Source: Prasinococcaceae sp. CCMP 1430
Taxonomy: Eukaryota; Plantae; Prasinodermophyta
Assembly (NCBI GenBank): GCA_013416795.1
Contig: RQSC01000004.1
Span: 72,871 to 87,446 of the forward strand
Direction: 5' to 3'
DNA length: 14,576 nucleotides
Made by a program: the position numbers and the translations under genes
The notes under the pieces: generated by a model
Told to the model about the DNA's origin: nothing
Databases searched by the model: none
Seen by the model: only the letters and a program-made list of their open reading frames with translations
Part shown: piece after piece, positions 7,391-14,576 of the stretch
How positions within the stretch are numbered: the stretch's first letter is position 1
How the letters are laid out: every line of letters begins with the position of its first letter

Positions 7391-8519
7391 CCGCGTTGAC
7401 GCCGAGAGGCTGCGCCGCGAGCTTGCAGCGCGCCCCACCGTGAGGGCCGTGGAGGAGGCGCGGGAGACAATTCGCATGCTGAAGGGGCTGCTCGATGTGG
7501 AGGTGGAGGCCGCCTTCGACTCGAACGCGGCGAACAGCGCCGGCGGCGAGGGCGCCGGCGCTGACAGCAAGGCGATGGAGGCCGGACTGCGCGAGCGCGC
7601 GCGCAAGTTCCAGGGCGAGGCGCTCGCGCTGCGTCGCGCGCTCGACGACTCCAACGAGGAGCTCACGCGTGCGCACGAGGCGGCGGACGACGCGCGGCGG
7701 CAGGCCGGAGAGGCCGCCAAGCTCGCGGCGAAGCTGGAGGAGGACCTGCGCGTGGCCAACGGCGTCGGCAAGGGGGGCGCGGCCGGCGCGGACGGCGAAG
7801 GGGGTGCGGGCGCGCCGGGCGGCGAGCAGAACGGCGAGCATGGCAGCAGCGCAAGCATGCTCGACGTCGTCGTGGCGCAGCGCGAGCGTTTCAAGGCGAA
7901 GGCGGAGAAGGCCGAGGCCGACCTTGCGGAGCTCCAAGCCGCGCTCGAGAAGGAGAAGGGCCGCACCGCCAAGGCCAAGAAGGACAACGTCGCGCTGTAC
8001 GAGAAGGTGCGCTACCTGGAGTCCTACGGCACGCGCTCCGCGAGCATGGAGCGCGTCGGCGGCGGCGCGCCCGCGCTCGCAGGCGCGCGCAGGGGCCCGC
8101 TCGCGCAGTGCCTGCCGCAGCGCGCTGCCGACCTGGAGGCCGGCGCGGCTGCCGACACGCCGGAGGGGCGCGCGGCGGCAGACTACCGCGCGAAGATGGA
8201 CCCGTTCGCGCAGTTCACGGAGCGCGAGCGCGTCAACGCGGCCCGGCGCCTGCGGCTGCACGACCGCATCGCGCTCAGCAGCGGGCGCTTCCTGAGCACC
8301 CACGCCTTCGCGCGTGCCTTCGTGGTCTTCTACCTGCTCGCGCTGCACGTGTTCGTCGCCTTCGTGATGATGCACGAGGTGGGCGAGCACAGCGCGTACT
8401 ACGACACCACCGGCGCCGAGCTTCCATCGCAGCAGGCGGTGCTCATGCAGAACGCCAACGCCGCCAACGCCGTCGGCGACGGCGCGGGCGGCGCGAGCGC
8501 GGGCGTCTTGGGCGCCTGA
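7385..8519 (+). CDS. CASP: CASP / Coy1 golgin, C-terminal about 375 aa (5' part missing)
   Basis: SMLDVVVAQRERF, KKDNVALYEKVRYLESY, MDPFAQF, DRIALSSGRFL and TM helix FYLLALHVF (conserved intramembrane Tyr and His) match the CASP C-terminal domain; TGA 8517-8519. Left boundary approximate. Confidence 0.92.
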
Positions 8520-8610
8520 GCGGCGCGCCGGGGGAGCCAGGCGAGCGCCTTATATACACATACATATTGTACTTTTTCCGAGGCGCGCGTGCGCCTTCGC
8601 GCGCGGCGCC

Positions 8611-9159
8611 TCAGTTGTCGAGGAAGAGCTTGCGTATGTCGTCGTGCGTCATCGGCGCAAGCGTCACCGGGCAGCGCGCGTGGTCGGTCACGTATCGGTA
8701 CAGGCAGGGGTAGCAGAAGGCGTAGCCGCTCGGCGCCGCCAGGGCGGGGTTCTGGCGGGGTTTCAGGCAGAGCGGGCAGTGCGTGGGCTTCTTCGGCAGG
8801 CCCACGCCCCCATGCGCGGGCCTCATGGCGGGCGGCGGCGGCGGCGGCGCGAGCGCCTTGGAGGCGTTCAGGCGCTCCTCCGCCGAGGTGTACCACCACT
8901 CGAGCACCTTGAAGCCCAGCACGCCGCCGACGAGCGCCACGCGCGCCGAGTCGGCGAGCCAGTGCGCTGCTCGCACGCCCGCCGCCGCGGCTGCGCCGCG
9001 CTTCGCCGCTCGGGCGACGGCTGCCGCGCGCATTGCCGCCCGTCGCACGCCTCCGCGGACCTTTTCCCAGCCAGTCCCGCTCGCTGCATTCCTTCTCTCT
9101 TGTGTGTGCCCGGGGCGCTCGGGGGCGCTCGCCGCTGGCACGCTGTGCGCGAATGCTGA
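8611..9159 (-). CDS. PEX12: Peroxin PEX12, last exon (5' part missing)
   Basis: FKVLEWWY, PPPPP and the degenerate five-Cys RING CPLC...SGYAFCYPC...CPVT are diagnostic of PEX12. Probable acceptor CTAG at 9162-9160; truncated by N at 9171. Confidence 0.95.
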   Translation of the reverse strand, partial: SAFAHSVPAASAPERPGHTQERRNAASGTGWEKVRGGVRRAAMRAAAVARAAKRGAAAAAGVRAAHWLADSARVALVGGVLGFKVLEWWYTSAEERLNASKALAPPPPPPAMRPAHGGVGLPKKPTHCPLCLKPRQNPALAAPSGYAFCYPCLYRYVTDHARCPVTLAPMTHDDIRKLFLDN

Positions 9160-9171
9160 CTAGCGTGCGTN

Positions 9172-10055
9172 TCAGCGCCGGGGAGGTGATGGCGCAGAAG
9201 ATGATCACCGTGCGCCCCGTCATGCAGGTAGGCGACCTCGTTGAGATCCTGCGGACGTGCCAGCACTCGGCCTTCCCGGTGACGGAGCGCCCGCAGGAGA
9301 GGGCCGGCGAAGAGGTGGAGCTGCTGGGGCTCGTCATCAGACCCATGCTTCTCAACATCCTGCACCGTAGGATAGCCTTCGACGCGCCGGACGTCGGGAC
9401 GGGCAGGCCCGGCGCGTCGGACGCGGAGGCGTCGCAGAGCCCGGGAGCTGGCCGCCGCGCCGGCAGGCGCGCCTCGCTGTTCAGCTCCAATGACGAAAGG
9501 GACAGGCTGCTCGAAGCGCTCAAGTCCATCCCTTTCAAGCCCCCGCACGCGGAGGACCTGGTCCTTCAGGGCCACGAGCTGGAGTGCACCATCGACCTGC
9601 GCCCTTTCATGCAGCGCCACCCCTTCGTGGTGCCTGCCGACGCGCGGCTGTCGCGCGCCTACCGCCAGTTTCGCACGCTGGGCCTGCGGCACATGTTCGT
9701 GGCGCCCGAGCGCCCGCGCATCGTGGGCATGCTCACGCGCAAGGACCTCATCCTCGAAAACGCGCAACTCACGCTGCTGGAGAAGGCCGCCGATAGCGCC
9801 AAGTCGGGTGTATCGTCGAGCTACGACCTGCCCTTCGTGCCGTACTACCAAAACACGGAAGGCGACAGACACAGGAGCCGCTCGTACGGCGGAGAGGACG
9901 ACACGGAGGGCTTCGGGGGGCTGAGCGGGGCGCGCGCGCGCTCGCGAGGCGGCGGCGGCGGCGGGAACAGGCGCGGGAGCGGGGAAGTCGAGGGCATCAG
10001 GCTTCAGGAGTTCTCCGACGTCGGGGCATCGTCGCTCGCCAACGTCGACCTCTAG
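9172..10055 (+). CDS. CLC: CLC chloride channel/antiporter, C-terminal CBS domains only (membrane domain missing)
   Basis: (L)SAGEVM...HSAFPV, IDLRPFM...LSRAYRQFRTLGLRHMFV, IVGMLTRKDL are typical CLC CBS1/CBS2 motifs; frame begins right at the N at 9171; TAG 10053-10055. Confidence 0.93.
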
Positions 10056-10069
10056 ACCGTTAAACGTCC

Positions 10070-10074
10070 TGTAA
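10070..10074 (+). terminator. TGTAA polyadenylation signal for the CLC gene
   Basis: TGTAA 14 nt after the CLC stop codon. Confidence 0.55.
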
Positions 10075-10403
10075 CGTGCATGCGCCTACTCACGGCGTGG
10101 CGTGGGGTGGGGTGGGGTGGGGGGCAAGTCCACAGCGAGTCGCGAGCAGCGCCCGTGCTGGACGGGCGCGCGCGCTTTGGGCCCCGCGCCTTGCCATCGA
10201 TTGCATGCCCAAATTACACGGCAGCGAGCGAACACATTTCTACGCGCGCAGAACGCCGGCGACTGAGGTGCTATCCATCAGAAGGCAGCTGCGCGAGGAG
10301 TGGTGCACATGGCGCGGGCGGCCGGCGCGGGCGGCGGGGGTAGGCGGTGAGGGGCGGAGGTGTGCAGGAGAGGAAAGGGGGGAGGGGCGGGAGAGGGGCA
10401 GCC

Positions 10404-10908
10404 ATGGCCGCCAGGGCGGGCCATAACATCGAGCGCCTCGTCAAAGTCAACGAACAGTACGCGCAGGCGGAGGCGTACACGCGCGAGCTGCTCAAGGTGC
10501 AGGGCGTGTCCCAGTGGCACGAGAAGCAGTACCGCGGCGCCAAGCGCGGCTCCCTGCCCGTGCACGAGGCGCTCGCGGCGCCCGATCTGCGCAACGTCAG
10601 GTGCGTTTGGGAGTGCCTACGGTGGGCCCCTGCCCGCCAAGCCCGCGCGCGCTTCGTGCGCGCGCAGCTGGAGAGAGTGACGGCGCTGACGCTGACGCCG
10701 CTCGCTCGCGGCCGGAATCGTCGCGCCGCGCGCCCCCAGGGAGGCCTCGGAGAGCGTCAAGACGATGGCGCTCGAGCTCGCCATGGCGCAGCAACAGGTG
10801 GCCAAGGAGCGCAAGGCGCGCCTCCAGTCGATGCTCCTCAGCGAGGCCGTGCAGTACGACAAGGAGCTCGCCGCGCTCGGCCTCGCCGTCTCAAAGAACC
10901 GCGACTGA
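10404..10908 (+). CDS. CFAP141: CFAP141 (C1orf189 / FAP141) ciliary microtubule inner protein; join(10404..10600,10740..10908), 121 aa
   Basis: Donor AG|GTGCGT at 10601, double branch GCTGACGCTGAC about 10685-10696, acceptor CCCCAG 10739. Spliced protein IERLVKVNEQYAQA...KTMALELAMAQQQVAKERKARLQSMLLSEAVQYDKELAALGLAV aligns by recall to human C1orf189 (VEKMTKVEESFQKA...[39 protein letters not shown]). Confidence 0.8.
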
Positions 10909-11105
10909 GCGCGCAGCAGCCGGGCGCGCGCGAGCGCGGCGAGCGCAGGGGGCTGCCGGGCTACCGGCTCGCGCAGGGGGGCAAGTAACTGCAAGTACCA
11001 TACCGCGCCGTGCCACGCGCGCCGCGGCGGCCGTCTGTCGCGGGCCCTTGCGCGCCGGGCTCACCGCGCGCAGCGAGCGCAGCGCGTGCGCGGGGGCGAC
11101 GACCG

Positions 11106-11150
11106 CTACAGTCCGCGCGACGTGTCATCGGCGACGTGCTGCGTGATGTG
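11106..11150 (-). CDS. CYN: Cyanase, last exon (HITQHVADDTSRGL*)
   Basis: Acceptor CCGCAG at 11152-11151, branch GCTGAC at 11197-11192; the join gives GKFLK-HITQ, matching the plant/algal GK(F/Y)LPH.EQ end; TAG 11108-11106. Confidence 0.8.
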   Translation of the reverse strand, partial: HITQHVADDTSRGL

Positions 11151-11321
11151 CTGCGGTGAGACCCGCCGTGCGCAGCGCGCGGCCAGCTCGAGTCAGCGTC
11201 GGGCGCGCGCGCGTTGGTGCGCGCGTTGGAGGCAGGAGAGCACCCGCGCGCCCGCGCGCCAGCATGCGCGTTGCACTCGCACGCGAACGCACGCGCGCGC
11301 CGGCGGTGGGAGCGTTCTCAC

Positions 11322-11805
11322 CTTCAGGAACTTGCCGTTCATGGTGATGACCACGCGGTCCTCGCCGCTCTTGCCTTGCACCTTCTTCACCGTGCAGTAG
11401 AAGTCGATGGCGCTCATGATGCCGTCGCCGAACTGCTCGCTGACGATGGCCTTGATGGCCTCGCCGTAGAGCGTGATCGCCTCGTACGTGCGGTAGACCT
11501 GCGGGTCCTGCAGGACGGCCGGGTCGAAGCCGCGCATGGGCGTCCGCCGCATCTCGGCGAGGTCCTCGTCGGCGAGGCCCGGCACGGCGCGCAGCAGCGC
11601 CGGCGCGAGCTCGTCCGGCAGCGGCGCTTGGTTGTAGAGCAGCTGCGCGGCGTAGCAGTTGGTCACGCCCAGCGCGGCGCCGATGTCGTCGAAGGTGAGG
11701 CCGGCGGACTCCTTCGCGTCCAGCAGCCTGCCCACGAGCGCCGCGCGCCGCTCCGACGCGCCGCCCCCGCCGCCGAGCGGCCGAGCCACCGGCAGCGGCG
11801 CGCCG
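11322..11805 (-). CDS. CYN: Cyanase (cyanate lyase, CynS family), main exon; 5' end in gap
   Basis: DPQVYRTYEA (catalytic Arg and Glu), EQFGDGIMSAIDF (catalytic Ser), DRVVITMNGKFL; donor AAG|GTGAGA at 11321. Confidence 0.97.
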
Positions 11806-12654
11806 NNNNNNNNNNNNNNNNNNNNNNNNNNNNNNNNNNNNNNNNNNNNNNNNNNNNNNNNNNNNNNNNNNNNNNNNNNNNNNNNNNNNNNNNNNNNNNN
11901 NNNNNNNNNNNNNNNNNNNNNNNNNNNNNNNNNNNNNNNNNNNNNNNNNNNNNNNNNNNNNNNNNNNNNNNNNNNNNNNNNNNNNNNNNNNNNNNNNNNN
12001 NNNNNNNNNNNNNNNNNNNNNNNNNNNNNNNNNNNNNNNNNNNNNNNNNNNNNNNNNNNNNNNNNNNNNNNNNNNNNNNNNNNNNNNNNNNNNNNNNNNN
12101 NNNNNNNNNNNNNNNNNNNNNNNNNNNNNNNNNNNNNNNNNNNNNNNNNNNNNNNNNNNNNNNNNNNNNNNNNNNNNNNNNNNNNNNNNNNNNNNNNNNN
12201 NNNNNNNNNNNNNNNNNNNNNNNNNNNNNNNNNNNNNNNNNNNNNNNNNNNNNNNNNNNNNNNNNNNNNNNNNNNNNNNNNNNNNNNNNNNNNNNNNNNN
12301 NNNNNNNNNNNNNNNNNNNNNNNNNNNNNNNNNNNNNNNNNNNNNNNNNNNNNNNNNNNNNNNNNNNNNNNNNNNNNNNNNNNNNNNNNNNNNNNNNNNN
12401 NNNNNNNNNNNNNNNNNNNNNNNNNNNNNNNNNNNNNNNNNNNNNNNNNNNNNNNNNNNNNNNNNNNNNNNNNNNNNNNNNNNNNNNNNNNNNNNNNNNN
12501 NNNNNNNNNNNNNNNNNNNNNNNNNNNNNNNNNNNNNNNNNNNNNNNNNNNNNNNNNNNNNNNNNNNNNNNNNNNNNNNNNNNNNNNNNNNNNNNNNNNN
12601 NNNNNNNNNNNNNNNNNNNNNNNNNNNNNNNNNNNNNNNNNNNNNNNNNNNNNN
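11806..12654. other. Assembly gap (849 N)
   Basis: Run of N covering the cyanase 5' end and the divergent promoter region. Confidence 1.
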
Positions 12655-12756
12655 GAGAGCGGCGCGCGCGCCCGCGCGGCGGCGGCGCCGCCGCGCGCGT
12701 CCTCTTTTTTTTTCCCTCCCGCTCCCGGCGGAAGCGAGGCATTCGTGGACGGCAAG

Positions 12757-12782
12757 CACACACATACACACACACAAACACC

Positions 12783-12839
<57 letters not shown>

Positions 12840-12853
12840 ACACGCACACGCAC
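12757..12853. repeat. (CA)n microsatellite just upstream of the TK-like ORF
   Basis: CA runs directly visible. Confidence 0.9.
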
Positions 12854-12866
12854 GCGCCGCTCGGGG

Positions 12867-13751
12867 ATGTCGACGAGCGCCAACCTGCCCGAGGTGGCGG
12901 GGGGCTCCATCGACCTGGTGGTGGGGCCGGCGCGCTCGGGCAAGCGCGCCGAGCTGTGGCGCCGCATGCTGCGCCACATGAACGCCAGGCGCCGCTGCGT
13001 GGTCCTCACGCACGACGCGAACCCCGACAGCGTCGAGTACAGCCTCGACCCGCGCCACGCCGACGACCCGCGCGTGTGGGACAGCGACGAGGAGATGGCC
13101 GACAACCCCACGCTCGTCACCGTGCGCACGCCGACGATGCCCGCGTCGACGCTCGCGGAGGCCGACCACCACGTGTGCAAGGGTTTCGACGTCGTCGGCA
13201 TCGACAAGGGGCACCTCTTCGACGACGTCGCCCTGTACTGCGAGAGGTGGGCGAACGTTGGCAAGGTGGTGATCGTCGCGGCGCTGGACGGCGACTACCA
13301 ACGCAAGCCATTCGACGGCGTGCTGCAGCTCCTGCCGCTCGCGGAGGGCGTGGTCAAGCTCAGCGCCGTGTGCGAGTGCTCGGCGACCGCCGCATTCTCC
13401 ATGCGCTTCGTAGCCGCGGACGGCGGCGTCAAGTACCGCGCCGTGTGCCGCCGGTGCCACCGCGACGCCGCCTTGGACGCCGAGAACGTGCCCCCGGGCC
13501 CGCCCGAGGAGAAGACCCCCACTCCCCGCTCTGCGCCGCCGCCCTCCGCCCGCGCGCTGCCCGCGACGCCCCACGCGCCGGCCACGCCGGCCATCGCCGC
13601 CGACCCGTGGCGCCCCACCTCCTCGCCGCCGGCGCGCACGCGGGACACGACGCCGCACGCGGTGCTCAGGCGCAGGGCGCTCGCGGAATCCTTCGAGCGC
13701 ATGCACATCAGCCCGCCCTCCGCCTCGACGCCGGTCCGACACATGCGCTGA
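12867..13751 (+). CDS. Thymidine kinase 1 (TK1/tdk) family protein, 294 aa, with degenerate active site and Pro/Thr-rich C-terminal tail
   Basis: GSIDLVVGP..SGK, VVGID, ANVGKVVIVAALDGDYQRKPF, LLPLAEGVVKLSAVC, KYRAVCRRC follow TK1 order; intact, intronless, GC3-rich ORF. Confidence 0.92.
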   Translation: MSTSANLPEVAGGSIDLVVGPARSGKRAELWRRMLRHMNARRRCVVLTHDANPDSVEYSLDPRHADDPRVWDSDEEMADNPTLVTVRTPTMPASTLAEADHHVCKGFDVVGIDKGHLFDDVALYCERWANVGKVVIVAALDGDYQRKPFDGVLQLLPLAEGVVKLSAVCECSATAAFSMRFVAADGGVKYRAVCRRCHRDAALDAENVPPGPPEEKTPTPRSAPPPSARALPATPHAPATPAIAADPWRPTSSPPARTRDTTPHAVLRRRALAESFERMHISPPSASTPVRHMR

Positions 13752-14060
13752 CTGGCTGGGGCGGGGGCGTCCGCGAAACGCCGCTGCTCTCGTCGGCCAG
13801 AGGACGCACACATGCGGCCACCATCTATCTATACTACAGTCTGCACCACCATCGATGGCACACCGTCGCGGACGGCGGGCGGGAGCGTCGTGCGCCAGAG
13901 ACTGCTGGCATAGTCAACCGAACTCCCTCCGTCGCCCGGCGCGCTCGCGCCCGCGGACGCTCCGAGTTGCTCGGCGGCAGCGGCTCGGACGGCAGCGGTC
14001 GCGCACGCTCGCGCCATTGTGACGACGACGTTTCCTTTTCGCCACTTTGCGTACGGCACA

Positions 14061-14388
14061 GTAGTCTAGAGTGCTAGTCTAGTGCCTACAGCGACGGCGC
14101 CGACGGCCACACCGCGCGCGCACGGCGGCGGCGGCGGCATTGGCAGACCCATCCTCCAGGCTCGGGGCCTAGAGCCTGGTAACCAGGCTCTAGGCTCAGC
14201 TGCAGGTCCCTTCATCTGCCCCCCTTTTTGCCCCGCGTGCCGCGCATCCGGTCTATCACAGCTCGCTAGACTAGTACTAGAGAGAGAGAGCTGTCGCGCC
14301 CGCTCGCCCGCACCATCCACGTGGCACGTGCACGCGCGCCAAATCCACATCCGCCAGCGAGCTCCAGTTTTACTGTAGACTAGACTAC
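14061..14388. mobile_element. Candidate non-autonomous DNA transposon (MITE-like), 328 bp
   Basis: Terminal inverted repeat GTAGTCTAG (14061-14069) / CTAGACTAC (14380-14388), flanked on both sides by ACA (14058-14060, 14389-14391); longer subterminal inverted match; non-coding, CTAG-rich. Confidence 0.5.
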
Positions 14389-14576
14389 ACATTCTCAATG
14401 CACATCATATCTAGCCACGGGAGAGTCAATTTCGGTCGGCGCGCGCGCGTCGCTGATTGAACGCGCTCAGCGAGAAATCATCGGCGCGACGGATGCGGAT
14501 GCTGCGAGACGACGCCACTGCCACAGCGCGCGCGCGCGGCGCGGCGGCCGCCGGGGGCGCGGAGAGGCGGGCGGGG

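Noticed and set aside
6666-8390. 574-aa minus ORF as a single gene
   Set aside because: Mostly antisense shadow of CASP and ICME leader; only about 7091-7390 is real TOR sequence.
11106-13751. Functional cluster of cyanase and TK-like gene (or of any genes in the window)
   Set aside because: Unrelated housekeeping functions, no shared pathway, and adjacency is uncertain across gaps.
14066-14398. ORFs 14066..14398 (-) and 14082..14378 (+)
   Set aside because: No recognisable domains or consistent codon bias; overlap the repeat-like element.

Overview
Eukaryotic, very GC-rich (roughly 70-75% by eye) and gene-dense draft scaffold, most consistent with a compact-genome green alga (prasinophyte-grade is an inference). 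Support: plant-type ICME, CASP and cyanase, TGTAA poly(A) signals, and short spliceosomal introns with GTGCG/GTGAG donors, GCTGAC branch points and YAG acceptors. In order: 3' terminal exon of an unknown + gene inside CA microsatellite; LysM + C-terminal TM protein (+); 40S ribosomal protein uS3/RPS3 (-, first exon probably in a gap); AT-rich structured divergent-promoter region; Coa1/Tim21-like putative plastid protein (+); isoprenylcysteine methylesterase (-, 2 exons); a ~300 bp TOR FAT-domain fragment (-) abutting a 5'-truncated CASP golgin (+); 5'-truncated PEX12 (-) and 5'-truncated CLC channel CBS domains (+) joined at a single N; ciliary microtubule inner protein CFAP141 (+, 2 exons); cyanase (-, 5' end in gap); a thymidine kinase-like ORF with its catalytic residues replaced (+); and a ~330 bp CTAG-rich element with terminal inverted repeats. 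Three N gaps and two single-N joins mean some oddities are probably assembly artefacts. Best biological leads: the pseudo-thymidine kinase, the membrane-anchored LysM protein and the candidate MITE. No prokaryotic-type system (CRISPR, operon) is visible.
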